Origin: an uncultured virus (IMG/VR IMGVR_UViG_3300037507_003993)
Taxonomy: Duplodnaviria > Heunggongvirae > Uroviricota > Caudoviricetes
Reading direction: 5' to 3' (one strand)
Virus record (IMG/VR): IMGVR_UViG_3300037507_003993
DNA: 64,000 bases
In this document: positions 29,790-39,642 of the stretch, one piece after another
Position numbering within the stretch: position 1 is the first letter of the stretch
Layout of the letters: every line of letters starts with the position of its first letter
Program-made: the position numbers and the translations under genes
Notes under the pieces: generated by a model
Database searches by the model: none
What the model was told of the DNA's origin: nothing
The model's input: the letters and a program-made list of their open reading frames with translations, nothing else

Positions 29790-30169
29790 TACGGTCTCTT
29801 TTGTTGCTTCATGTACTCCGACTCGTGAAGTTCACCATTTTCTTTTGCATACAAATCCAAGGCCAATCGGTGGTTGTCGTTTGTTGCACTTCTAAATTTC
29901 TTTGCTTCATCTATTTCTTTTTTGAATTTAGATTCAAATTCAGAAAATGGTTTTGCATCACCGGTGATGAAATCTACTATAGGTAATGATAATCCATCAA
30001 TATACGCTTCTTTGAGAGCCATTTCATATTCATCTGCGACAAGGTCTTTGCCTGCGATGAACATAGGTGGGAAATTCAAGTTTTCGAACAGGTCAAAGTA
30101 TTTGTCTATAAATTTTCCGCGATTGTACTGATATCTTGCATCGTCTGAGTCGATGTTTGCATTGCTCAT
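29789..30169 (-). CDS. hypothetical protein
   Basis: 126-aa ORF, stop overlaps next start. Confidence 0.65.
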   Translation of the reverse strand: MSNANIDSDDARYQYNRGKFIDKYFDLFENLNFPPMFIAGKDLVADEYEMALKEAYIDGLSLPIVDFITGDAKPFSEFESKFKKEIDEAKKFRSATNDNHRLALDLYAKENGELHESEYMKQQKRP

Positions 30170-30174
30170 GAACG

Positions 30175-33100
30175 TTACCAGTTTCTATCTTTTATAGGTG
30201 AGTATGCGGTTCCGTTTGGGCTTTGGACCTGCAGATTCCTCAGGTGATTTGTAATAGCGGTATAGTGCTTTATTCCTGTCCTCAGCATAATCATACCTGA
30301 GCGATTCATCATAAGCACCCTGTCCCCGGCCGGATTATCAGGCCTGCTGATAGCTTGAAATAATTCTGATGGAAGCACCGTTTGAACCACATCGGGAATC
30401 AATGCGTCAACCCCCAACATCGATGCGCGAGATTCTGCCCCCAAGTACAGAATGCTTCGCATGGCTGAATTGAGTCTTGTATTGTGTTTTTTTGCATCTA
30501 TGCCTGCTTGCCCAGGTTGTGATTCATCTTGGCGCATCTGCGCGAGCTGCACGAACCAGCTGAGATGTTGAGCGTACCAAGCGTTAACTTTTTGACGCAA
30601 TGCTTTTGTCTCTTCGATTATTCGGATATTCTCCGGTGTGTCGGGTTTTAATCTAACGTCCCTAAACATATCTTCCCATGCAGACTGCGACATGCCTCGG
30701 TTCGGCGGCCGAGTACCCAGTGGACTGTCCCTGTATAGTCCCTCCAGGGTGAATGCTCCCCATGCATCTGATATATCAAGTGCTTTCAACTTTGACCTAC
30801 TTGACTTTCTTACGGTGAGGTCTGGGCCGATAGCGGTGAGTTGTTGAACTACGTCTTCAAGTTGTGCAATTTGAGTTGCGGTGAATTGTCCGGTATTCGC
30901 GTCTGGGAGAACACTGTTCGGCGCCAGCAATCTTGCTACCTGCTGTCCGTGAGATGCATTGACTCCAGTCGAATCAGGAGCGCCAATTGCATTATAGATT
31001 CCCCACAGATTTTCGTATAGTTGCCCTGAATTACCAGAAAACAAAGCATGAAAAACGTCTTTGTGGAATATTTCCGATTGGTCGGTTATTACGGCAATCA
31101 TCGTTCCGCCGTGTCCTCCATGATATGAGGACCAACCACCACCAGGATTAAATGTCCAATACTCGCCGTGTCCCTCTGCCTTTCCGCCGGCTCCCGGGAC
31201 AAATCTGTCTCCACGGAGAGCCATGTTTACCCACTCTTCTTCCTGTGCCGTTTTTTCCGCTGTCGTTCCGGTTGGTGCCTTAACGCCGCGCGTTATCACG
31301 AGTGCGCGCCTATTACCTGAAGAATCCACAGAGGTTAAAATTTCGTCTAATTCTTCTTGATTTACCAGCACCGGCAAGCTGCTAGAACCGTTGTAATACC
31401 AAAAGTGAGCAACCTGCACGTCGGCTAGCTGTGTGTAGTTGAAATCCGCACCGTACATAGGCGTATTTTCCATGCCGGTAAATTTGCTTGTGTCGCTACC
31501 ATCCCCATTACCCCGCATGGCATCTGCGGCTTTTTTCTGTAGTACATCCATTGCGACGAGTGCATCAATTTGCTCTTCTGCCAACTGAGCGATACCTTGA
31601 GTTGGGTCGTCATACAGGCCCTCGGCTCGATGCTGCGCCCTCACGGCGAGGATGTCATCCAGAGAGCGAGGCTGTAACGGAGGAGTCGCCGTTCCCCATG
31701 GGTCAAGAAGTTCTGGTGTTGCGTCAAAGGCTCCCTCATTGCGAGGAATTCCTTTATTCGCCCTTGCTTTCACCCTGTCGAGCATCGCGCGTTTACGCTG
31801 ATTTCTAGATTTTGCCATTCCTTCAAGTTCGGCACGCTTCATCGCCGTAATTGCGTCCAAAGCCACCTGATTTGATGTTATATGTCTATCAAGCAGCATC
31901 TTCGCTGCTTCTGCTCTTGCGCCCATCTGCAAATACATACTCATGGCAGATTTATTCTTGGGGTTATCGCTGAGTATCGCGAGGGCATCGTTCCGAGCTG
32001 TTGCCGCATCCCTGTAAGACGTGGATAAAGTTTTTGATGCCTGCTGCCAGGCGTCATTTGCCTCGTCTTGTAGTTGTTGTAGCTTGGCAGCCTTGGCATC
32101 CGAGAATGAACCAGAGAGGGAAGCACGCTGCAGGTCGGCGGCATTTTGAAGCTGCAATGCTCTGTTTATGTCGACAAGCATCTCGTTTATGTCGTTGCCT
32201 TTTACGGACTCAGAAGGGATATAAAAGAGTGATGGTTCCAAATCCATATCTAGACCTAAGCCATCAATGAAGGAAGTTCTGAAAACATCCTCAAATGCCC
32301 TCTTCCCAGCTATCGAACCAAGTTCTGCATTGGGGCTAACTGAAGAAAATGTTAGACCCAAGTCGGTTATGCTTGAATCTGGATTTGATTCAATTGAGCT
32401 ATTTGCAAGAGCCTGCATTTCAGCAAACGTGAGTTGACCAAGTGTCGGAGGCACAGACAAGACAGGGTCGCCGTTCATCTTCGTGGGCTTGTATCCTCTC
32501 GCGTCAACTCGAGCAAGTATGTTTGCCCTAAGCGACTCGGCTTCGACATTTCTTCCAAGTATTCTGTCGACTGCCGCTGCGGCTGGGTCCGTCTTCGCTT
32601 TTCCAGTGAGCACCCGAGATGATATGTAAGCTTCGATTGCGTCCTTGAATGTTCTTGTGGCAACGTCGCCAGGTTTAATCGCATCGCCGTCCGGATTCAC
32701 TTCTGGAGCCAATGTTGCGAATCTGGTTGGGAATACCCCAGCTGGGGTAATCGAAACTCGTGGGTACGTTTTTGTCTCATCAGGAAGAACCGGGTCGTAG
32801 ATTGCCGTTTGCTCAATTGGGAGTTTTGAGTAGTCTTCTATGTATTCGAGACTGACGGAATCCTTGTAGAGACCAGTGCTCGCCTCGTATTCAATGCCTA
32901 GCTGGGCATTTCCAACTCCTGGAGTTAAGTCAGGACCAGTGCCCACGGTCGATGGGTCCGGAGCAAGGGATGATTCTGAAACCATGAGTGGAGCCTTCTG
33001 CGGCAATTTTGTTACTTTTTTCGCTGCTTCCGGCTTACCCTGGTGTGGAACAACGTCGTATCTCTTTGGGCTGTCTCCACCCACTTGTAAATACGAAGAC

Positions 33101-36100
33101 CAAACGTTCTCTAGAATTTTGTTTCGCAATGCAGGCTTTAGGTCGTTTATGTAAATGATGTCATTTGATTCCCTGGCTCGGGAAAGGGCAATCATGTTAT
33201 GCAAGTCTGTTTCTAGGACTCCCGCAAACCTTGGAGATGTTTTGCGGACTTCTTCGATTCTGGCAACAGCATCAACTGTGGAAATTGGCTGATTCAAGTC
33301 TGGGTAGCCAAGCCTATTGCGCAGATTGTTTTCAAGAATGTCCAAATTCTGGTCAATCAACTTATTTATTTCTTCCAGCTCTGACCCCGTCATTGCTTCC
33401 TGGGCTCTTGAAGTTAGGCGGCGACCAGTAGATGTTTTGCCAAAAAACAAACCAACCGGCTTTCCATTATCGAAACCAATATCTAGTCTATTTTTTGCTT
33501 TTGCTTGTTCTACTGGTTTGCTAAGTGAAGCAGTTCTTCGTCTATTTCTACCGGTTAGTTTTGCCATTCGTTCCGAAACTGTTGGACGCATTTTTGTTCT
33601 TGCGATTTGTTCCAAAGCCGCGGAGCCGCCAATGAATCTAACTTTTCCTGGCTCGTCCGAGTCATCCCGCGATGTCACAATCGACATCAGGTGCCTTCCA
33701 TCTGGAGTCATAAGGTGAGCGACTTGCGCTTCCGTGTCTTCCACATAAACCACAGGGCGTCCATTGAATTGGTTTGCTCGGAGAACGATTCTGTCCCCTA
33801 CCGCGTCTAGCGTGCGCTGGGAGTCTGCGATGTCATCTGCATCTTCTGTAGTTGCAAATTTCCATGCCACATCCAGGTCTCTGGTAAGAAATCCTGGCTC
33901 ACCAGGAACAACCCATGATACTGATGTCTGCTCTGTGAGTCCCATGTTTGATGGAGAGCCCGGTTGTGGGTCCGCGTCTGGGTCGTTGAATGAGCGCAGC
34001 CAGTCGTTGTAAATCTTTTTAAGTTCACCTTGATTCTCCATGTCATATGGAGTCAGGGCAGACTCTCGCAGTCTGGCGATTGCGGCATGATTTACTTCTG
34101 CTTGAAAAAATCTATCTAGGTCGTCAAGGCCCTTAATGGTGTTTTCGTTTACATCTCCACTAGCGGAAAAATGCGGCTCCATGTCGCGCAGAATTATGTC
34201 AACTTTTGGTCGACCCTCTCCGGAAGGCTTGGTCATCCAGCGTGCGCGCGCACGGCTTCTTGTGCGCTCGGGTGGCGCTGGCTCCGTGAATTCATTGAGC
34301 TTTCGTTTTCCGCCAACAGGTTCTGGTCTGTTTATTTTGAGCTGCTCGTAGTCTGCATAATCCTCGAACGTGACCAACTCCCCAGACTGCTCTTTTGCTC
34401 GTCTCCTCTGGCGTCGAGCAATTCTTTCGCGCAATTCGGTCGTACTGCGAGGAGTCTTCCCTCTAAGTTCTCTTTCAAGAGTTCGTTGTTCTTTGTCGCG
34501 CGAAGGACTTAGTCCACGCATAAAACGCTCCACGATAGAACGCGATGGTGTTATTTCGGTTTCTCTGTTGGGTGTTTTCTTTGGAGAGTTCCACGCGGTT
34601 GAGCCATAAAATTTATTATGCAAAAACTTACGCAAGTCTCTTGCGTGATTGCCTTTTAGTCCATTGACCACAACTTCTCGCGCCGCCACGGAAAATTTCG
34701 ATTCATCAGCGCGAAGCTGCCTGTAGTAATCACCGAAAACATCCCCTTGTTCGTCGGAATAAAACTCGCCGAGCATAGAGAGTGTCTGGTCTTTGTCTGG
34801 ACCTTTTGTGTCTATGTCAAGAAAACCAAGAGTGGCGTAGGCATTATTTAGCTCTGTTAATTCTTCTGGTGTACGAAGCTCAAACTCACCGACCGAACGC
34901 CCATCAATCCACAGCTCCGGAAATACATCTGCTTGTCCAGAAGGTTTTTTCAATCTTGGAATATAATCAGCAATCAAATTTCCATCGGAATTGTACAGGG
35001 ACCCCCTATCTACTTGATAGTTGTATGTCCCCCATAGCTTGAATAATTGTGAAAATCTTCCCCACTGTTGTTCGGCAAATGGCCTATCTGGGTTTTCTTT
35101 TAGCTGACGCAGGGCTCTTTCAATTGTCCGAACATCGTTATCGTCAAAGTCGTCTTTTGTGTAGTTTCTGACGGATTGAAATCCCAACCCGTCGGTTTTT
35201 TCTCCAGCCCAATTAGTCAATTGTTTCACCGCGGAATTCACAACACCAGCAAGATACTCTCTGCCTGAATCTTTTTGCTTGAGTATCCCGAGGATTGAAT
35301 CAATTTGTTTTGTGGCAACTCTATTGCTGCGCTCTATTTCCGCTTCATTGAGTTGTGGTGAGTTTTTTGTCTGTTTTCGTTCCGATTTTTTTTGTCGTCT
35401 TGCAAAACGTCGACCTTCGTAAATGTCTTGTGCTGTTGTTCTCAGTTTTTCCGCAATCTGAGCCCTTCGCTCTGGGCTCATGGCGCCAGTTATGGTGTCG
35501 TCATTTGAGAAGGTTTCAGTATTATTTGTTGGTGTTTTTCTTGTGGGGATGCCTTGTCTGCGAGTGCGTCTCCTGGCTTCAGAAACAAAACCTCTGGTTG
35601 CCTGGTCATCGGCAACGTCTCTGGCGGTTTGAGAGGCGGCTATTAGGACCCTGTTGCGTCTACTTACTGTTGGCCCAAGCGATTCATATCTTTGTCTAAA
35701 CGTTGGGCGAGATTCTTTTAGCATCCGACGAGCTTGTTCTTTTTTGAGCTGGTCAGCCCTCCTCATCGCTCTGCGGCTGTATTTTTTCCCTGTTCTTTCT
35801 TTAAGTTTTTCTCCAACCTCGTCTAGTTTCTTTCCAGCCCTGTAGACGCTCGGAAAGGCCACCTCATCATCATCAAAACCCTTTGCAATGTCCTTCAGGG
35901 AGGCAGTCATCAATGCCCTGCCTATTCTGCGTATTGCCCCAAATGTGCACCCACGACCAAGTCTGTTGGTGAACTGGCCACCATTTACTGTTTCGTCAGG
36001 GCATCTCCATCCACCCCCGCCAGGCATGTTTGGGTCCCACATGGCTCTTACACCCTTAACTTGCAGCAACATTGAGCTGCGTTTTGAATCAAGGTTGAAA

Positions 36101-36555
36101 GCCTTTGCTTTGTAGTCAAGAGCATTTTGTTTATAGGCAACATCGATGGTCGCAATCGCAGCATCCACCACTGGCCATCTGTCTACGAGTTCCTCCTCGT
36201 TATCCTCGTTCATCTGCTCATATTTTGCAGGCTCCTCTCCGGCAAGGGATTTTACTTTTTCGATGACCAGCAACGCCTTTTTGGAGATGGTGAATTTAAG
36301 TTCGTTTAAGTCGGCAAGTTCAAAAGTGCTCTCGAGTGAGTTTATAAATTCATCGGTTAGTTCAACATCTTTTTCAACGGTAAGAGACACATCGAGATTG
36401 TCGAGCGCTCCGCTACTGGACGACATCGCCCAGTCGGCCCATAGTCTCCCTTGGCCTGATGAGCCGAATGCAACTGGTTTCTTTCCATCGGATGGAAGAA
36501 GTATTGCAAAAGGCTGACCAGAGAGCTTGTCTCTAATTACCGTTGCTTTTTTCAT
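30175..36555 (-). CDS. giant protein, 2126 aa, mostly unrecognised; RCP...C motif near N-terminus
   Basis: Uninterrupted ORF, ATGA-coupled to upstream gene. Confidence 0.8.
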   Translation of the reverse strand: MKKATVIRDKLSGQPFAILLPSDGKKPVAFGSSGQGRLWADWAMSSSSGALDNLDVSLTVEKDVELTDEFINSLESTFELADLNELKFTISKKALLVIEKVKSLAGEEPAKYEQMNEDNEEELVDRWPVVDAAIATIDVAYKQNALDYKAKAFNLDSKRSSMLLQVKGVRAMWDPNMPGGGGWRCPDETVNGGQFTNRLGRGCTFGAIRRIGRALMTASLKDIAKGFDDDEVAFPSVYRAGKKLDEVGEKLKERTGKKYSRRAMRRADQLKKEQARRMLKESRPTFRQRYESLGPTVSRRNRVLIAASQTARDVADDQATRGFVSEARRRTRRQGIPTRKTPTNNTETFSNDDTITGAMSPERRAQIAEKLRTTAQDIYEGRRFARRQKKSERKQTKNSPQLNEAEIERSNRVATKQIDSILGILKQKDSGREYLAGVVNSAVKQLTNWAGEKTDGLGFQSVRNYTKDDFDDNDVRTIERALRQLKENPDRPFAEQQWGRFSQLFKLWGTYNYQVDRGSLYNSDGNLIADYIPRLKKPSGQADVFPELWIDGRSVGEFELRTPEELTELNNAYATLGFLDIDTKGPDKDQTLSMLGEFYSDEQGDVFGDYYRQLRADESKFSVAAREVVVNGLKGNHARDLRKFLHNKFYGSTAWNSPKKTPNRETEITPSRSIVERFMRGLSPSRDKEQRTLERELRGKTPRSTTELRERIARRQRRRAKEQSGELVTFEDYADYEQLKINRPEPVGGKRKLNEFTEPAPPERTRSRARARWMTKPSGEGRPKVDIILRDMEPHFSASGDVNENTIKGLDDLDRFFQAEVNHAAIARLRESALTPYDMENQGELKKIYNDWLRSFNDPDADPQPGSPSNMGLTEQTSVSWVVPGEPGFLTRDLDVAWKFATTEDADDIADSQRTLDAVGDRIVLRANQFNGRPVVYVEDTEAQVAHLMTPDGRHLMSIVTSRDDSDEPGKVRFIGGSAALEQIARTKMRPTVSERMAKLTGRNRRRTASLSKPVEQAKAKNRLDIGFDNGKPVGLFFGKTSTGRRLTSRAQEAMTGSELEEINKLIDQNLDILENNLRNRLGYPDLNQPISTVDAVARIEEVRKTSPRFAGVLETDLHNMIALSRARESNDIIYINDLKPALRNKILENVWSSYLQVGGDSPKRYDVVPHQGKPEAAKKVTKLPQKAPLMVSESSLAPDPSTVGTGPDLTPGVGNAQLGIEYEASTGLYKDSVSLEYIEDYSKLPIEQTAIYDPVLPDETKTYPRVSITPAGVFPTRFATLAPEVNPDGDAIKPGDVATRTFKDAIEAYISSRVLTGKAKTDPAAAAVDRILGRNVEAESLRANILARVDARGYKPTKMNGDPVLSVPPTLGQLTFAEMQALANSSIESNPDSSITDLGLTFSSVSPNAELGSIAGKRAFEDVFRTSFIDGLGLDMDLEPSLFYIPSESVKGNDINEMLVDINRALQLQNAADLQRASLSGSFSDAKAAKLQQLQDEANDAWQQASKTLSTSYRDAATARNDALAILSDNPKNKSAMSMYLQMGARAEAAKMLLDRHITSNQVALDAITAMKRAELEGMAKSRNQRKRAMLDRVKARANKGIPRNEGAFDATPELLDPWGTATPPLQPRSLDDILAVRAQHRAEGLYDDPTQGIAQLAEEQIDALVAMDVLQKKAADAMRGNGDGSDTSKFTGMENTPMYGADFNYTQLADVQVAHFWYYNGSSSLPVLVNQEELDEILTSVDSSGNRRALVITRGVKAPTGTTAEKTAQEEEWVNMALRGDRFVPGAGGKAEGHGEYWTFNPGGGWSSYHGGHGGTMIAVITDQSEIFHKDVFHALFSGNSGQLYENLWGIYNAIGAPDSTGVNASHGQQVARLLAPNSVLPDANTGQFTATQIAQLEDVVQQLTAIGPDLTVRKSSRSKLKALDISDAWGAFTLEGLYRDSPLGTRPPNRGMSQSAWEDMFRDVRLKPDTPENIRIIEETKALRQKVNAWYAQHLSWFVQLAQMRQDESQPGQAGIDAKKHNTRLNSAMRSILYLGAESRASMLGVDALIPDVVQTVLPSELFQAISRPDNPAGDRVLMMNRSGMIMLRTGIKHYTAITNHLRNLQVQSPNGTAYSPIKDRNW

Positions 36556-38603
36556 CTAATCGATAAGCCAATCAGTTTCTTGAAATTTCCAGATGATGAT
36601 TTAAGTATGTTGACACGCTGTTCAAATATTTTTTCGACAATTCCAAGATGTAGTAATTCTGCTTCAGAAAGCTGTCCATCTATTGAGAGCATTTGTCTAA
36701 ATCGCTTAAAATCAAATTCTCCTGCTTGTTCGAGCAGCTTATCAAACAGCATTAACGCCCTCTTGCGCTGCTGGGCCTGAAGTTTTTCAAAATATTCAGC
36801 GTATATTCTCTGCTGCTTCTTCTTGAAGAAATCGTTTACTTGCATTTGTCGTCTTCCGCGTATTTCCGTCGAGGTCATACCCGAGAGACCAGCACTTCCA
36901 TTCAAAGAAGCAACTGCACGCATTCTGCCACCGACGCGTATTGGCGCAATCGTGGAAGGGTTTCTATCCCTGGTATCGGTGAGATAGTCGGACATTAGAA
37001 TTCCGACAACGTCCTCCGAGGGGAGGTCAGCAATGTCCATTGTCCTATCTTGAACGCCAAACATTTCTGCATCCTGAGCTTCTCCAAGCATATAGTTGCG
37101 CTTTTTTCCAGCACCAGCCAAACGAACCTTTGGCGCAATAAGACCCATTGAGCGCTGTAGTTCTGATGCCAGTGCGGCACCCAGATGTTCAAAGTTCTCA
37201 TCAGGTGTTATTTCAAACACCGTTTGTCCATCGGCACGCTCGTGAATCAATACACCATTTCGTATTTTTCCAGTCTTGTACATTGCGCTACGACTGACAG
37301 CCTCCGACCGAACATTCGATGAAATATTCTCAATCGAACCACCATTATTAAGGTGACGGACCGCAGAAGCAAGGTCTTTAATTTTATCGTCTTCGGGAAT
37401 TGCTTCTAGCTCTGTAGAGCGAGCGGACTGCTTTGACTTCTTTTTCTTTCGGTAGAAAGTCTCATAATGCCACCTGCGCATTGTTCGCTTGCCAGCACCT
37501 GCTGGGAGGTTGACTTTAATGACTTCATTCGGGTTTTTCATTCCTTTAAATTCTTCTTCATAAGATATTCCATCGCCCATTTCCTCTGCGATGAATTTTA
37601 ATTTTTGAACCGGGTCATCATTGGCGCGCAGCTTCTCCGCCGTGGCCACAGTTCTACCAAGCTTGCGTCGTTCTCCAACTGTTAGCGGACGAGCTTTCCC
37701 GATGGAAACAGTTGAACCTCCAGATAGGACATAGGATATTTTTTCAATGCCGGTATTTGAAAGCATTCCAAGTTCTTCTCCACCAATTGAATCTGACGTC
37801 AAAGCATTCATCAGGAATGTTGCGCCTTCCATATCCCTGTTGTCGGGGATTGTCCTAAGAACTGCAGGAGAAACTACCGGCTCCAAGATGAAGCCGTCGC
37901 GCCGCACCATTCTCATGTAGGCTTCATTTACCTGCGACATCTGTCCGACTATGTCATCGACGGAGCGATTTCTGCGCTGTCTGTTAGCACCAGTAACTTT
38001 TGGAATTTGTGGCGCGCGCGACTGGATTACGTCACCAGCCACAGACACTGGCTTAACACGTGTGCCACCGACATCCTGGAAGGATGGGCTACGACGAGAG
38101 CCACGCAAAACAGAGGCGATTGTTGCGCCTATGATTCCAGGAAGGTCGAATAGTTGTTTTCCACATGTAGAAAAACGCGAGTCCGTAAATCTTCCACCGA
38201 ATTGATACCCTTCTGGGCATCTGTATCCACGCTCTGGCTTGAGTGCGCCAAATCCACCAGGAACTCCTCGACCACCACCCGGGGTGAGAGCTGAGTAAAT
38301 TCGTGACCTAACAGGACTTCGCACGTTGGAAAAGTTTCCAGGAGTAACGGCAGAACCAAGTCCCTGGAGAGTTTGAAGAATTCTGCTGTCCGAGCCAGTA
38401 GCTCCGACTTTTACTTCGTAAGCACTTTTTACTCCTCTGCGCTGCATTGCGCATTTGAAATCAATAATTGATTTTCTTTCGTTGACAGAATAAATTGGCG
38501 CTGTAAAAAGGTTAGTTCTAGATAGTGCGAAAGACGGAGAAATATGTCTAACTTTTACAATCTCCTGGGACGGGCAGCAATCAGAACTCAATATTGTTCG
38601 CAT
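36552..38603 (-). CDS. 683-aa protein with RCP...C motif and C-terminal HipA/PI3K-like (probably degenerate) kinase fold
   Basis: LASELQRSMGLIAPKV...DYLTDTRDRNPST. Confidence 0.65.
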   Translation of the reverse strand: MRTILSSDCCPSQEIVKVRHISPSFALSRTNLFTAPIYSVNERKSIIDFKCAMQRRGVKSAYEVKVGATGSDSRILQTLQGLGSAVTPGNFSNVRSPVRSRIYSALTPGGGRGVPGGFGALKPERGYRCPEGYQFGGRFTDSRFSTCGKQLFDLPGIIGATIASVLRGSRRSPSFQDVGGTRVKPVSVAGDVIQSRAPQIPKVTGANRQRRNRSVDDIVGQMSQVNEAYMRMVRRDGFILEPVVSPAVLRTIPDNRDMEGATFLMNALTSDSIGGEELGMLSNTGIEKISYVLSGGSTVSIGKARPLTVGERRKLGRTVATAEKLRANDDPVQKLKFIAEEMGDGISYEEEFKGMKNPNEVIKVNLPAGAGKRTMRRWHYETFYRKKKKSKQSARSTELEAIPEDDKIKDLASAVRHLNNGGSIENISSNVRSEAVSRSAMYKTGKIRNGVLIHERADGQTVFEITPDENFEHLGAALASELQRSMGLIAPKVRLAGAGKKRNYMLGEAQDAEMFGVQDRTMDIADLPSEDVVGILMSDYLTDTRDRNPSTIAPIRVGGRMRAVASLNGSAGLSGMTSTEIRGRRQMQVNDFFKKKQQRIYAEYFEKLQAQQRKRALMLFDKLLEQAGEFDFKRFRQMLSIDGQLSEAELLHLGIVEKIFEQRVNILKSSSGNFKKLIGLSIR

Positions 38604-39240
38604 CTAGCGACTCCAATTCGTTTTTATCGATAACATACCCATCGACGTGTTCCCAGTTTTTTTCGTCTTCCACGTACTTAACGAAGTCCGGTTCCATGTC
38701 TATGAAATCTTGTAAGACTTTCACTGCATGGGTCCAATCATCCTGCGTGATGACTGGGGAAAAGGGCTCATCAACCGAGCGTATACCTGTAAATTCTACA
38801 GCCTTCCTGCCACTGCGTGATGTCAGTTTGCGCATTCTATTGTTGAATTCCTGGTCAGAGTAGAGTGAGCCACGAACAACCCCGCGCATCTTCTTGCGAC
38901 AGTTTTTCATTCCTGGGTGGTGGCACCCTTCATTTGGCCACAGACCAGTTGTTTCGTGATGCAACCAGGCGCATATTCTTTCAAGTGGGTAAAGCTCTGG
39001 GTGGTCGGCAAGAATTACTCGGCATCTCCTGAACCCGCCAGGCTTGCGCATAATTGGTCTCCAGTAACGAAGGAGGCGCTCAAGATTGCCCCTGCGCGGT
39101 CCATACCCTCTGAGTACATCACCGGTAATATTTTCTTGAGGTATTATGGCGCCAGCAGGTCCTGCTGCTTTTGTGTCGACGGCAATTTGGACATCGCCAT
39201 TCATAATTTTGTTGACCAGACTCATTTGGTCTCCTTGCAA
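38581..39240 (-). CDS. hypothetical head-locus protein with Cys/His motifs
   Basis: LLRYW...PGGFRRC...CAWLHHETTGLWP; true start may be MSLVNK. Confidence 0.7.
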   Translation of the reverse strand: MQGDQMSLVNKIMNGDVQIAVDTKAAGPAGAIIPQENITGDVLRGYGPRRGNLERLLRYWRPIMRKPGGFRRCRVILADHPELYPLERICAWLHHETTGLWPNEGCHHPGMKNCRKKMRGVVRGSLYSDQEFNNRMRKLTSRSGRKAVEFTGIRSVDEPFSPVITQDDWTHAVKVLQDFIDMEPDFVKYVEDEKNWEHVDGYVIDKNELESLDANNIEF

Positions 39241-39297
39241 CCAGTGAATAAACCCCTGAATTTAATTGTACGCAAAATACTGTGATTTAAATACATG

Positions 39298-39642
39298 TCA
39301 ACTAGATTTCCGAAATTCTGGCCTGCGGACTGGCTGAATTTCCTCTAGCTGGTCGTAAAAGTCTAAAGCTTTTTTGTTGTAGGGGTTCTTTGATGTTTTT
39401 CCAGGGTTTTCCGTGTTGTGCCTAGTGGACCAGTCGCTATCCCTGAAGTCTAGCTTCCAGAAACGTTTCTGTCTGTTGGTCTTCATAACTGGGAAGATGT
39501 CATTACGTCGTTCAATAAAAGAAAACAGCGGAACTGGGGATAATCTCTTGCCGTCAACAAACAGGCCGTTATACCTGTCGCCATCTGGAACAAAATAGAG
39601 ATTCCCAGTTTTTCCGACTTTGGCGATTAGGTACTTTTTCAC
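39298..39642 (-). CDS. hypothetical protein
   Basis: 114-aa ORF overlapping upstream stop. Confidence 0.6.
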   Translation of the reverse strand: MKKYLIAKVGKTGNLYFVPDGDRYNGLFVDGKRLSPVPLFSFIERRNDIFPVMKTNRQKRFWKLDFRDSDWSTRHNTENPGKTSKNPYNKKALDFYDQLEEIQPVRRPEFRKSS

